A stretch of 64,000 nucleotides of DNA, taken from IMG/VR virus record IMGVR_UViG_3300045747_000063, positions 12,449 to 76,448 of that record, one strand, 5' to 3'. Below, in pieces: positions 1 through 10,065 of the stretch. The notes beneath the pieces were generated by a model, which was not told the DNA's origin, did not search any database, and saw nothing but the letters and a program-made list of their open reading frames with translations. The DNA is from a virus. Its lineage: Duplodnaviria; Heunggongvirae; Uroviricota; Caudoviricetes. Position numbers and translations under genes: made by a program. Within the stretch, counting starts at the first letter, position 1. Each line of letters begins with the position of its first letter.

Positions 1-135
1 GATTGGATTCAACCGAATAGACTTTTCAGTTGTTGGTCAATCTGTAGTTCTTCGCTGTATAACCGTTGGTGGTTCCCCAAAGTGGATTTGTTTGGGTTCT
101 TATTTGGCAATTCTATATACGGTTTAAAATAACAC

Positions 136-504
136 GTGATTGATAATTCGAATTTTGTGCAGCACGCCATTCGTGCATATGACAACCCACATTGCATTAC
201 GCTTGAGCAATTCAACAAAGACGTGAAGAAGTTCTCATATTTGAAGAAGCTTCTAAACATCGACCAATACGACGACGAATTTGTTAGATTGACCCTGAAT
301 AATATCGTACACCTCTACAATCTTTTTGACAATGAGACGTGTACGAAGATGATGTTCTACAAGGTGCGCCAAGATAAATGGTACAAGTTGAAGACATATC
401 TGACATTCTTACACCGTATGCCAGAAGAGATTCAGGACTTACATTTGAAAGATTCGGACTTACCACTATGCAAAAACATAATCACACACTTGAGAGCAGT
501 GTAA
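136..504 (+). CDS. hypothetical protein
   Basis: 122 aa ORF, no recognisable motif; upstream of tail genes. Confidence 0.3.
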   Translation: MIDNSNFVQHAIRAYDNPHCITLEQFNKDVKKFSYLKKLLNIDQYDDEFVRLTLNNIVHLYNLFDNETCTKMMFYKVRQDKWYKLKTYLTFLHRMPEEIQDLHLKDSDLPLCKNIITHLRAV

Positions 505-678
505 ACGAAACATCTGGCGCTGGCGCTGGTGGTGTTGGCGGAAGCATCGAAGTTGGCGCACAGAAACTTGCTCCAATTGGGATGAAGGCAAAGTCGTTGG
601 AAAAGAAATCCAACCCTTACATCGAAAAAAACAAAAGAGAAGGCGCACCGAAACTGCTGTCCTTCAAGGAGTGGAAAA

Positions 679-1059
679 ATGTGGTGGTTAGTAGCTAAAG
701 ATGCAATTGTTGCGATTTACAAGAAAATTGGTTTCATTGGAGTGTTTGTAATCTTTTTGATATCTTGGATTGCGCTTGACGAATATCAAATCGGAAATCG
801 AGACGATAAAATTATTGAATTGACTGCATCGCTCAAAGTTCAAAACAAGGCAATTGAGGACATGGGTTTCCATTACGACAACTTGCAAAAAACACTCGTG
901 ATTGCGGCACAACAAAACGAAGACATCAATCGCAAGTTTGAAGAATATCGTAAGTATGTTGCATCTCTACCACTTGCCGTTACATGTGATGCGGCGATGA
1001 ATGAAGTATCAAAGTCTGCCAAAACAAATGCAGATATTTGGAATGGAGTTACAAAATGA
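679..1059 (+). CDS. hypothetical membrane protein (N-terminal TM helix, coiled-coil-like C-term)
   Basis: 126 aa ORF with hydrophobic N-terminus. Confidence 0.35.
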   Translation: MWWLVAKDAIVAIYKKIGFIGVFVIFLISWIALDEYQIGNRDDKIIELTASLKVQNKAIEDMGFHYDNLQKTLVIAAQQNEDINRKFEEYRKYVASLPLAVTCDAAMNEVSKSAKTNADIWNGVTK

Positions 1060-1328
1060 AAAAAGCACTTTTATTGTTATCGTTATTGTTGTTGGCTGGT
1101 TGCAACCCAAAGATTGTTAAGGTTCCAGTATGGACACCACCAAAAGTTGAATTACCAACAAAGCCAGTTCTTACAAGTGATGGTAAAGGTACACAAGGTC
1201 AAGTAGCTCGAAAGTTGACATTAGACTTGAGTAGTATGACTGAGTACAGTTTAAAGCAAGACGTAATCATCAAAGCACTGTTAAGTGCCTCTGGTGTTCC
1301 TGCGGCAAACACCGAAAATAATAAATAA
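1056..1328 (+). CDS. putative lipoprotein
   Basis: MKKALLLLSLLLLAGC signal peptide with lipobox; start at second in-frame ATG preferred. Confidence 0.45.
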   Translation: MKKALLLLSLLLLAGCNPKIVKVPVWTPPKVELPTKPVLTSDGKGTQGQVARKLTLDLSSMTEYSLKQDVIIKALLSASGVPAANTENNK

Positions 1329-1370
1329 TACACAGGATAACAATTACCAAACCATTATAAGGATTAAGAA

Positions 1371-3179
1371 ATGAGCGTATTATCCCCAGACACAAATATC
1401 AAAGAATTGGACTTCTCAGGAATCGTTCCAACCGTTGCGACAACCCAAGCAGCTATTGCTGGTCGTTTCTCAACAGGCCCATTGAACGTACCAGTTCTGA
1501 TTTCGTCAGAAGACGAATTGGTTGCCATATTCGGTAAACCAAACGAATCAAACTACATGGAATGGCACTGTGCTGCTGAATTCCTAAAGTATTCTGCATC
1601 GTTGTATGTAACTCGTGCTACACCAGCAGGCGTGTTAAACGCTACTTGGGGTGGTGCTGGCTTCTTGATTGACAATGAAGATACATTCCACGCATTGACA
1701 AGTTTGAACAAAACAAGCATTGGTTCTTTCGCAGCAAAGAATTCCGGTACATCTGGAAATGACATCGGCGTAATTGCCGTTGACTCAGATGGCTGGGCTG
1801 CATTCAAAGCTTGGGCTGCTACCATCACAACAATGCCAAATGGTGTTTTGTTTGATGCGTACTTCACTGCTCAACCAGGTACATCTCAATATGTTTCAAA
1901 CTTGGCAGTTAGTCAAGTAGAAGCAAAGAAAGACGAAGTTCACGTTATCGTATTTGACGCAACCGGAAATATCACAGGCACAAAGTATGCGGTGCTTGAA
2001 AAGTATGAAGGTTTGTCTAAGACCGTTGATGCTGTTGACTACACTGGTCAATCTACAAACGCACAAACAAAAATCAACCTATCATCGAAGTATGTTTGGA
2101 TGGTTTCATTCCCAACAACTTCATTCGCAACATCTACTAGCAAAGATGCCAATGACGGTATTTTCGCTACAGACATCGCTGCCGTTGGTTACGATTTTGC
2201 TCCATTCACCGTTGTTAGCACTGGCGTTACATACTCGCTAGAAAAAGCTCTTACTGGTGCAATTGCTGGTACAACTCCTGGTGACACTGAAATCTTGGCT
2301 GCATACGGTAAGTACGCAAACAAGGATTTGATTGATATCGGTCACGTTATCACCGCTGGTCACACCTCTGCCGTTATTGCGTACTGCGCACAAACTTTGG
2401 CTGCTGGTCGTAAAGATGCTATGTCGTACAACAGCGTGTATCACACAACCGTTGGTGTTCCAATCAAGGATACAGATACTGCACCAGAATCGCTTGCAGT
2501 GGCTTGCAAGGCATCGTGGAACATTGCAGAAATGGATGCTCAATACACAGTGACTGACACTGGCTATAAATACATTTACGATAAGTACAATCGCAAATAC
2601 CGTTGGATTCCAATGAACGGTGACGTGGCAGGTATTGCCGCACGTCTAGGTTTCATTGCAGAAGAATGGTACAGCATTGGTGGTTTCAACCGTGGCGGTT
2701 TGAAGAACGTTGTTAAGTTGGCGTTCAATCCAAACTTGGCTCAACGTGACGTTATTTACCCAAAAGGTATTAACCCAATCGTGGCATTCGCTAACCAAGG
2801 TGTTGTATTGTACGGCGACAGAACAGGTACTTTGAAGCCAAGCGCATTTGACCGTTACAACGTTCGTCGCTTGTTCATCATCCTTGAAAAGTCGATTGCA
2901 ATTGCTGCCAAGTATCAGTTGTTCGAGTTCAATGATGTGTTCACTCGTGCACAGTTCAAGAATATGGTTGAACCATTCTTGCGCACAATCCAAGGCAAGC
3001 GCGGCATCCAAGACTTCTTGGTACGTTGCGATGAAAAGAACAACACTGGACAAGTCATCGACTCCAACCAATTCGTTGGTGAGATTTATGTTAAGCCAGC
3101 ACGTAGCATCAACAACATCACCTTGACGTTCGTTGCTACTCGTTCTGATGTTCAATTCAGCACAATTGTCACACAATAA
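1371..3179 (+). CDS. 18: tail sheath protein (T4 gp18-like)
   Basis: 602 aa; gene order sheath-tube-portal; size and position typical of gp18. Confidence 0.8.
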   Translation: MSVLSPDTNIKELDFSGIVPTVATTQAAIAGRFSTGPLNVPVLISSEDELVAIFGKPNESNYMEWHCAAEFLKYSASLYVTRATPAGVLNATWGGAGFLIDNEDTFHALTSLNKTSIGSFAAKNSGTSGNDIGVIAVDSDGWAAFKAWAATITTMPNGVLFDAYFTAQPGTSQYVSNLAVSQVEAKKDEVHVIVFDATGNITGTKYAVLEKYEGLSKTVDAVDYTGQSTNAQTKINLSSKYVWMVSFPTTSFATSTSKDANDGIFATDIAAVGYDFAPFTVVSTGVTYSLEKALTGAIAGTTPGDTEILAAYGKYANKDLIDIGHVITAGHTSAVIAYCAQTLAAGRKDAMSYNSVYHTTVGVPIKDTDTAPESLAVACKASWNIAEMDAQYTVTDTGYKYIYDKYNRKYRWIPMNGDVAGIAARLGFIAEEWYSIGGFNRGGLKNVVKLAFNPNLAQRDVIYPKGINPIVAFANQGVVLYGDRTGTLKPSAFDRYNVRRLFIILEKSIAIAAKYQLFEFNDVFTRAQFKNMVEPFLRTIQGKRGIQDFLVRCDEKNNTGQVIDSNQFVGEIYVKPARSINNITLTFVATRSDVQFSTIVTQ

Positions 3180-3190
3180 GGAACTAAAGA

Positions 3191-3718
3191 ATGAATATCT
3201 CAAGTTTTAAATCGGCATTAGTAGGCGGCGGTGCACGTCCTAACCAGTTCCGTTGCCGCCTGATTTTCCCAGCGGCAATCGTGGGTGGTGCGGCTGCATC
3301 ACGCGCAGGAGAATTCCTGTGCGAATCTACTGCTTTGCCAGCATCTACACTTGGTGTGGCTTCCGCGATGTATCGTGGTCGTCGTATCCCATTGGCTGGC
3401 GACAGAACATTCCAAGCATGGCAAGTAACAGTTGTTAACGATGCAAACTTCACAATCCGCAACGCGCTTGAACAGTGGACTCACTACATAAATAATGTAC
3501 GTGACAACACAGGCGTTCAGAATCCAAGTTTGTACAGCGTTGACATGGGTGTTGACCATCTTGACCGTAACGATAACGTTATCAAGGCTTACAACTTTAT
3601 TGGTGCATTCCCTGTGTCCGTTGACCCAATCAATTTGGGTTTCGGTGAGAACGATTCCTTGGAAAAGTTCACAGTCACATTCGAATACATCAATTGGGAT
3701 ACTCCTGATTTAACTTAA
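3191..3718 (+). CDS. 19: tail tube protein (T4 gp19-like)
   Basis: 175 aa; ARPNQF and AGDRTFQAWQVTVVND match remembered T4 gp19 motifs (ARPNLF, AGDRTFDDWTVTVMND). Confidence 0.85.
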   Translation: MNISSFKSALVGGGARPNQFRCRLIFPAAIVGGAAASRAGEFLCESTALPASTLGVASAMYRGRRIPLAGDRTFQAWQVTVVNDANFTIRNALEQWTHYINNVRDNTGVQNPSLYSVDMGVDHLDRNDNVIKAYNFIGAFPVSVDPINLGFGENDSLEKFTVTFEYINWDTPDLT

Positions 3719-3739
3719 TCATTACAAAGGTGATACCGC

Positions 3740-5482
3740 GTGAGTTTTTTTAATAATGTCACAAACCTATTCGGCCTAGAAATCAAGAAGGCTTCCGATA
3801 AAGAGAAAGACAATTCGGGAGCCTTGTCGGTTGGCCTGTCGGACGACAGTTCTGCCGTCTCCGTTGCAAGCAGTGCCTCTCTTGGCCTGTACTTGGACGT
3901 GGACGGTCAGATTAAATCTGAAATCCAAGCGATTATCAAATATCGTGACATCTCCCTATACCCAGAAGTTGACTCAGCAATTCAAGACATTCTCAATGAG
4001 GCTATGCCTATGGAGTCTGACACTGAAATCGTTGAGCTTAACCTCGACAAGCTGAAACAAGGCGCGGGTGTTAAGAAAAAAATTGAAGCAGAATTCGACA
4101 CAGTTCGAAAGCTTTTGTACTTCGACTCAATGGGCGCAGACATTTTCCGCCGTTGGTATGTCGATGGTCGTACATATTTCCAAGTCATCGTAGACAAAAA
4201 CAATCTAACAGATGGCATCCAAAAATTGGTTCCTCTCGATGCAGTTAAGGTCAAGAAGATTAAGGAAGTAACACGCAAAAAGACTCCAAGTGGAGCAGAT
4301 GTAATCGACAAGATTGACGAATACTACATCTACAACGAATATGGCTTCACCGGAAAGAGTTCTGGTTCTCAAGGAACATCCGGTCAATCCGAAGGTAACG
4401 TAAACCGTGGTTTGAAGATTAGCCCGGATGCAATTATATACACAACATCGGGTTACATCGACCAAACAACAGGCATGGCATTGAGCTACTTGCACAAGGC
4501 TATTCGTCCTATCAATCAACTCCGTATGCTTGAAGACGCAACCGTTGTGTACTTCATCGCACGTGCACCAGAACGCCGTGTGTTCTACGTTGACGTTGGT
4601 AACTTGCCAAAGCTTAAAGCTGAACAGTACATGAAAGATATCATGAACCGTTACCGCAATAAAATGGTTTACGATGCACGCACAGGCGACATTCGTGACG
4701 ATAAGAAATACATGAGCATGTTGGAAGACTTCTGGATGCCACGCCGTGATGGTGGAAAAGGTACAGAGGTTGATATTCTTCCTGGTGCACAGAACGTATC
4801 CGGTTACTTGGACTCATTGGATTGGTTCAAGGAAAAGATGTACGAAGCGTTGAACGTGCCTAAGAGCCGTTTCCAAACAGAATCTTCTGGTTTCAACACA
4901 GGCCGTCCTTCTGAAATCACTCGTGATGAATTGAAGTTCCAAAAGTTTGTTGACCGTCTACGCATTCGCTTCGCTGAATTGATGCTTGCAGTCTTGAAGA
5001 CTCAACTGATTCTGAAAGGTGTATGCAACACCGAAGAATGGGAATCCATTAAAGGTGACATTCGCATTGAATTCCAACGTGACAACTATTTCACCGAGTT
5101 CAAAGAACAAGACATTTTGATGAGCCGTTTGCAATTGCTTGAGAGCGCAGACAACTGGCTTCAAAAGTATTACAGCAAGAAGACCGTTCAGAAGAAGATT
5201 CTTCGTATGACCGATGAAGATATCGAAGAAGAAGACAAGCAAATGGCATTGGAGAAGGGTGATGAAACTGCTCAACCTCAATGGAAGTTGACTGCGGATT
5301 ACCAAGCCGAACAACAGCAAGACATGATGCAGCAACAAGCTGAGATAGAAGCCGAACAACAACCAGCCGCTCCTGCTGGTGCTGCTCCTGCGGCATCTCC
5401 TGCTGCAAGTCCAGCGACTACACCGGAGCAACAAGCTGCTGAACCTGAGAACGATGCGTCAAATTACAAAAGCAATAAATAA
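3740..5482 (+). CDS. 20: portal vertex protein (T4 gp20-like), GTG start
   Basis: 580 aa, position after gp19, acidic Q/A/E-rich C-terminal tail. Confidence 0.8.
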   Translation: MSFFNNVTNLFGLEIKKASDKEKDNSGALSVGLSDDSSAVSVASSASLGLYLDVDGQIKSEIQAIIKYRDISLYPEVDSAIQDILNEAMPMESDTEIVELNLDKLKQGAGVKKKIEAEFDTVRKLLYFDSMGADIFRRWYVDGRTYFQVIVDKNNLTDGIQKLVPLDAVKVKKIKEVTRKKTPSGADVIDKIDEYYIYNEYGFTGKSSGSQGTSGQSEGNVNRGLKISPDAIIYTTSGYIDQTTGMALSYLHKAIRPINQLRMLEDATVVYFIARAPERRVFYVDVGNLPKLKAEQYMKDIMNRYRNKMVYDARTGDIRDDKKYMSMLEDFWMPRRDGGKGTEVDILPGAQNVSGYLDSLDWFKEKMYEALNVPKSRFQTESSGFNTGRPSEITRDELKFQKFVDRLRIRFAELMLAVLKTQLILKGVCNTEEWESIKGDIRIEFQRDNYFTEFKEQDILMSRLQLLESADNWLQKYYSKKTVQKKILRMTDEDIEEEDKQMALEKGDETAQPQWKLTADYQAEQQQDMMQQQAEIEAEQQPAAPAGAAPAASPAASPATTPEQQAAEPENDASNYKSNK

Positions 5483-5506
5483 TACTGTACATCAAGGAGT
5501 AACAAA

Positions 5507-5815
5507 ATGGCAATCAAAAACGAATCTGTTTTGCAATTCATCCAATCTGCTTCAAGCGGAGACAAACAAAATGCAGAACTAAATCTTGGTCAGGCACTAA
5601 TGGACAAAGTGTCCGAGCGTCTTGACGCAATGAAAGTAGATATCGCAACTCGCCAATTCGGATTCTCAAACGAGTCTACAGTTGACGAAAAGAAACAATT
5701 CGATGACTCGGACGGTTCTGACGTTGAAGAAAAACGCAAAGCGAAGAAGAAAGAGTTGATTCGCAAGACCGCTCAACGCTTCGCACCAAAGCGCACACAA
5801 GTCGATGGTGAATAA
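5507..5815 (+). CDS. prohead core protein (gp67/gp68-like)
   Basis: 102 aa acidic/basic small protein between portal and prohead protease, as in T4 67-68-21 order. Confidence 0.4.
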   Translation: MAIKNESVLQFIQSASSGDKQNAELNLGQALMDKVSERLDAMKVDIATRQFGFSNESTVDEKKQFDDSDGSDVEEKRKAKKKELIRKTAQRFAPKRTQVDGE

Positions 5816-6473
5816 AATGGCACTCAAGTTAATCACAGAACAATACGATGATGTAGAAATGCTGGTAGAAGATTCCGGCGAAGGTAAGAAATGGTACATT
5901 GAAGGCCGTTTCTGCCAAGGTGGTCGTACTGGTGTTCGTGAAGACATGAATGCAAATGGTCGTATTTACACCGAAGAAGTTCTCGACGGTGCAATGTCCA
6001 AGTATTCCACGCTCATCAAAGAACACCGTGCATTCGGTGAACTAAATCATCCATCGCATCCACAAGTTAACCCAGAACGTGTTTGCATCGTCATTGAACA
6101 AATGACCAAAGATGGTATGCACTATAACGGTAAAGCACGCATCACTGAAAAAACTCCAATGGGTCAAATCGTAATTGGAATTCAGGAGGCTGGTGGTCGT
6201 CTTGGCATCTCCACACGTGCACTTGGTTCCTTGAAGGAATCCGGTGGCATCAAGTACGTTCAAAGCGACTTGCGTTTCAGCGCAGCCGATGTGGTTTCTG
6301 ACCCATCTGGACAAGGTTGTTTCGTAAACGGCATCATGGAATCTGTTACATATGATATGACCGAAGATGGACGTATCATTGAATTGGTTCAAGACGTTGT
6401 TAAGAAGAAAATCACAGAAGAGAAAGCATTGAAGGCTTGGGCCGACTTGATGCTCAAATTTGGTAAACGATAA
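5805..6473 (+). CDS. 21: prohead core scaffold protease (T4 gp21-like); alternative start at 5817
   Basis: NGRIYT, AFGELNHP, DVVSDPS resemble T4 gp21 (NGRIYP, AYGELDHP, DIVADPS). Confidence 0.85.
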   Translation: MVNKMALKLITEQYDDVEMLVEDSGEGKKWYIEGRFCQGGRTGVREDMNANGRIYTEEVLDGAMSKYSTLIKEHRAFGELNHPSHPQVNPERVCIVIEQMTKDGMHYNGKARITEKTPMGQIVIGIQEAGGRLGISTRALGSLKESGGIKYVQSDLRFSAADVVSDPSGQGCFVNGIMESVTYDMTEDGRIIELVQDVVKKKITEEKALKAWADLMLKFGKR

Positions 6474-6736
6474 TGGCGATAACTAAACCAATCACCGACT
6501 CGTTGAAAGAAGCAATCCAAAACGTTCTTGAAGCCAAGAAAAAGATTGGTGAGTATTCTCAAGGAACAAGTACCACAAAGGTATACAAGTTGTCGGGTGA
6601 ACACAATGAAGGCGACCCATATGTGGTTAAACTTCACAGAAATGGTAAGCATCATGAACCAGCAGATTACTTCACAAATGATGAAGAAGATGCACATGGT
6701 ACTGCCAAAATGATGTTGACCCACGAACAAAACTAA
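6473..6736 (+). CDS. internal-protein-like small protein, paralog 1 (shared N-terminal MAITKPITDSLKEA)
   Basis: 87 aa; first ~24 residues near-identical to next ORF; L-x-E motif typical of gp21 cleavage sites. Confidence 0.45.
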   Translation: MAITKPITDSLKEAIQNVLEAKKKIGEYSQGTSTTKVYKLSGEHNEGDPYVVKLHRNGKHHEPADYFTNDEEDAHGTAKMMLTHEQN

Positions 6737-6737
6737 T

Positions 6738-7028
6738 ATGGCTATCACAAAACCAATCACCGATTCACTGAAAGAAGCTGTACAGACTGTTCTGGAAGCA
6801 GCAAATCCGTGGAAAACATACGAGCGCAAAGAAGACAACAATGACCATTCGGGAAATGTTCTTCATATGGCAAAACATGTTGGTGACGAAAAGGATGTGA
6901 AAGCAGCTAAAGAAATTGTTGCACGTCATAACAAAGAAGGAAGTATGTACGGTGAGAACATGATTAACCGCACAGAACTGCACGACAAATTGTGGCCTCG
7001 ATTCAAGGCCGCGTATGCACCAAAATAA
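6738..7028 (+). CDS. internal-protein-like small protein, paralog 2
   Basis: 96 aa; same N-terminal leader as 6473..6736, divergent body. Confidence 0.45.
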   Translation: MAITKPITDSLKEAVQTVLEAANPWKTYERKEDNNDHSGNVLHMAKHVGDEKDVKAAKEIVARHNKEGSMYGENMINRTELHDKLWPRFKAAYAPK

Positions 7029-7088
7029 TTGATGAAATGCGTGAAATCAGTTTTACATAAATAATACACAAGATTAGGAGTATCACGA

Positions 7089-8258
7089 ATGTCAAAGAAA
7101 CTTGAAGAAAAAATCAAAGCAATCATGAGAGGCGAAATTTTGTCGGAAGACAAGACTGCTGGCTCTATTGCGAAAGATGAAAAGTCTACTTCAAATGCAG
7201 CCGCAGCACAGGCTAAAGAAGAAGCAGCAAAGAACAACAAACATGCTATGAGCGGCGAAGTTGAAGCTGGTTCTGGCAAGGCTGATAAAGCCGAAGTTAA
7301 GGAAGCAACCATCCCAGGTCAATCTAAGGATTTCGTAGGTGACACTACTGGCGAATCTGGTGCATCCAAGACTGCAAAAACAATTGCAAAGTTGAACACA
7401 GGTAAAGGTTCTAACACTAGCGGTGGTACTGCTGGCCCAGAAACAATTACCAGCAAAGTCTCTGCTGACAAGCAAGAAGACAATGGTGACAACGCAAAGA
7501 TTCAAAAAGGTGAGTCACAAAAGGAAAAGGGCGGCAAGCTGTCTTCTCCAACTCACGAAGCTTTTGACGAACTGTTCTCCGGTGAAGAATTGACCGAAGA
7601 CTTCCGCGTTAAAGCAGAAGCACTATTTGAAGCAGCACTGTCTGAAAAGTCAGATGAACTTCAAGAAGCATATCAGTCGCAACTTAACGAAGCGATTGAA
7701 GAAGTAAAGGGAGAGCTAGTCGAACAAATTGATGGTTATCTTGATTACGTTGTCGAGCAGTGGATGAAAGACAATGCTGTTGCCCTTGAGAGTGGTATGA
7801 AAGTTGAAATGGTGAATTCCTTCATTGATGGTATTAAGACAGTGTTCCAAGAACACTATGTAGATGTGCCGGAAGACAAGATTGACGTTGTTGAAGAACA
7901 AGCAAAAGAAATCGCGGAACTACAGGCAGAAGTAGCAGCATTGGCAGAAGAAAAAGAACAAGCTGTCAGCGAAGCTACCCTATTGCGTTGCAAGCAAATC
8001 GTCTCTTCTTTGGAAGAAGGATTGACTGCAATTCAAACTGAGAAGTTCCATGCTCTAACCGAAGACATCAGTTTCGAAAATGAGGAAGAATTTGCTGCCA
8101 AGGCAAAAGTAATTCGTGAATCGTCATTCACAGTTAGCAATTCTCAAGAAGTAACACCGCAAGCCCCAGCTACACAATTGAAGGAATCAAGCTCAAACGT
8201 TAACGCGGTTGTAGCTGCTCTTCAAAAAGGTAATTTGAAGTTTGCTCGTAACGTTTAA
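7089..8258 (+). CDS. 22: prohead scaffold protein (T4 gp22-like)
   Basis: 389 aa, highly acidic, E/K/A-rich coiled-coil, located between gp21 and gp23. Confidence 0.7.
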   Translation: MSKKLEEKIKAIMRGEILSEDKTAGSIAKDEKSTSNAAAAQAKEEAAKNNKHAMSGEVEAGSGKADKAEVKEATIPGQSKDFVGDTTGESGASKTAKTIAKLNTGKGSNTSGGTAGPETITSKVSADKQEDNGDNAKIQKGESQKEKGGKLSSPTHEAFDELFSGEELTEDFRVKAEALFEAALSEKSDELQEAYQSQLNEAIEEVKGELVEQIDGYLDYVVEQWMKDNAVALESGMKVEMVNSFIDGIKTVFQEHYVDVPEDKIDVVEEQAKEIAELQAEVAALAEEKEQAVSEATLLRCKQIVSSLEEGLTAIQTEKFHALTEDISFENEEEFAAKAKVIRESSFTVSNSQEVTPQAPATQLKESSSNVNAVVAALQKGNLKFARNV

Positions 8259-8285
8259 TTTAAACATAAAAGAAAAGGAAATAAC

Positions 8286-9635
8286 ATGGCAGAATTTTTG
8301 AACGAATCCCAACTTGAAGAAAAATGGGGCCCGGTATTGGATGAAGAAACATCCGGCAAGATTGGTGATATTCACCGCCGTAAAGTAACCGCTGTTGTGA
8401 TGGAAAACACTGAACGTGCTTTGGCATCTCAACACGAATCATTGAACGAAGCGTTGCCAGGTTCTTCTACTGCTAACGTTGCAAACTACGACCCAGTGTT
8501 GATTGGTTTGATTCGTCGTGCAATGCCAAAACTTATCGCGTTTGACCTAGTTGGCGTTCAGCCAATGACAATGCCAACAGGCTTGGTTTTCGCAGTACGT
8601 TCGCGCTACACAAGCTCAACTGGTGCAGAAGCTTTGTTTAACGAAGCAGACCCAGGATTCTCTACTGGTACAGCAGCACAATTGGGTGTGAACCCAGTTG
8701 GTGGTACTGACGGTCTTGCACCGTGGGATGCATCTCCAGGATTTACTTCTGGTGCAGCATCTGCGTACAACGCACAACCAGGATTGAGTGTAACTACAGC
8801 CGCTGGTGAAGACTTCGGTGGTGCAACAACTCTGAATGAAATGACATTCACTATCGAACGTCAAACAGTTACAGCTAAAGAACGTGCTTTGAAGGCTGGT
8901 TACACTGTTGAATTGGCGCAAGACTTGAAGGCTGTTCACGGTTTGGATGCTGAATCTGAATTGAGCAATTTGCTTTCTAACGAAGTGATTGCCGAAATCA
9001 ACCGTGAAGTTGTTCGTACTCTGTACACCGTAGCTGTTCCAGGTGCACAAACCAACACACAAACTGCTGGTACATTTGACTTGGACGTTGACTCTAACGG
9101 ACGTTGGTCTGTTGAACGCTTCAAGGGTTTGATGTTCCAAATCGAACGCGAAGCTAACCGTATCGCACAAACCACTCGTCGTGGTCGTGGTAACTTCATC
9201 CTTTGCTCTGCTGACGTAGCGTCTGCTTTGGCAATGGCCGGTAAGTTGGATATCGGTGGGCTTGGTTCCGGTGAAGCATTGACAGTTGACGACACTGGTA
9301 ACACATTCGTCGGCGTGTTGAATGGCAAGTATAAGGTCTACATCGACCCATACATGGCTAACGGTGACGCTAACCAATTCGCAATGGTTGGTTACAAAGG
9401 CTCTAGCGCGTTTGACGCAGGTATGTTCTACTGCCCATACGTTCCATTGACAATGTACAAGGCGATTGACCCAGCTACATTCCAACCACGTATCGCGTTC
9501 AAGACTCGTTACGGCATGGCTGGAAACCCATTGAACGGTAACAACTACTCTGGTAACGGAGCAGCAGCAGCGTTCAACTTGGTTGCTCAAACAAACTACT
9601 ACTACCGCTTGATGCGCGTAACCAACCTATCGTAA
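8286..9635 (+). CDS. 23: major capsid protein (T4 gp23-like)
   Basis: LIAFDLVGVQPM, ELAQDLKAVHGLDAESEL, GKYKVYIDPY, FQPRIAFKTRYGM match remembered gp23 blocks. Confidence 0.93.
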   Translation: MAEFLNESQLEEKWGPVLDEETSGKIGDIHRRKVTAVVMENTERALASQHESLNEALPGSSTANVANYDPVLIGLIRRAMPKLIAFDLVGVQPMTMPTGLVFAVRSRYTSSTGAEALFNEADPGFSTGTAAQLGVNPVGGTDGLAPWDASPGFTSGAASAYNAQPGLSVTTAAGEDFGGATTLNEMTFTIERQTVTAKERALKAGYTVELAQDLKAVHGLDAESELSNLLSNEVIAEINREVVRTLYTVAVPGAQTNTQTAGTFDLDVDSNGRWSVERFKGLMFQIEREANRIAQTTRRGRGNFILCSADVASALAMAGKLDIGGLGSGEALTVDDTGNTFVGVLNGKYKVYIDPYMANGDANQFAMVGYKGSSAFDAGMFYCPYVPLTMYKAIDPATFQPRIAFKTRYGMAGNPLNGNNYSGNGAAAAFNLVAQTNYYYRLMRVTNLS

Positions 9636-9662
9636 GAATAGGGTTGTAGTGTAGCAAAACAA

Positions 9663-9691
9663 AAGAGCCTGACTCAACATCAGGCTCTTTT
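9663..9691 (+). terminator. rho-independent terminator after capsid gene
   Basis: agagcctga-ctcaaca-tcaggctct hairpin followed by TTTTC. Confidence 0.7.
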
Positions 9692-9721
9692 CACATAATA
9701 AATACAGAAAGGAAGTAAACC

Positions 9722-10051
9722 ATGTGGGAACAATTCTTAGCGTTCTTTACGCCTGATAATGGAATTTTTGTGGCAATCGGTTTCCTTGGTATGTTAGCTC
9801 ATGCCTTGAAGAAATTCTACAAAAATGAATTGAGTGGAAGTGTGTATGACTATTTGTTCAATAACAACAAGAAGAGAACTGTGTTGGCTATCATGGCTAA
9901 CGTTGGTGCTTTGGTTACTGTTGTCTTGAGCGGTCAATTACCTTCTCAAATTGGAGCATTCATTCTTCTTGCTTTCACAACTGGATTCACAGCAGATGCA
10001 ACTGTAAATAGCGATTCTGCACCAGCCAAGGAAGATGAACCACAAAAGTAA
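9722..10051 (+). CDS. small membrane protein
   Basis: 109 aa, two predicted TM segments. Confidence 0.4.
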   Translation: MWEQFLAFFTPDNGIFVAIGFLGMLAHALKKFYKNELSGSVYDYLFNNNKKRTVLAIMANVGALVTVVLSGQLPSQIGAFILLAFTTGFTADATVNSDSAPAKEDEPQK

Positions 10052-10065
10052 GAACTAAATAAACG

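Noticed and set aside
8616-9590. 324-aa minus-strand ORF antisense to the major capsid gene
   Set aside because: Lies entirely inside the strongly supported gp23 gene. Cys/Thr/Val-rich low-complexity translation typical of the reverse frame of a highly expressed gene.
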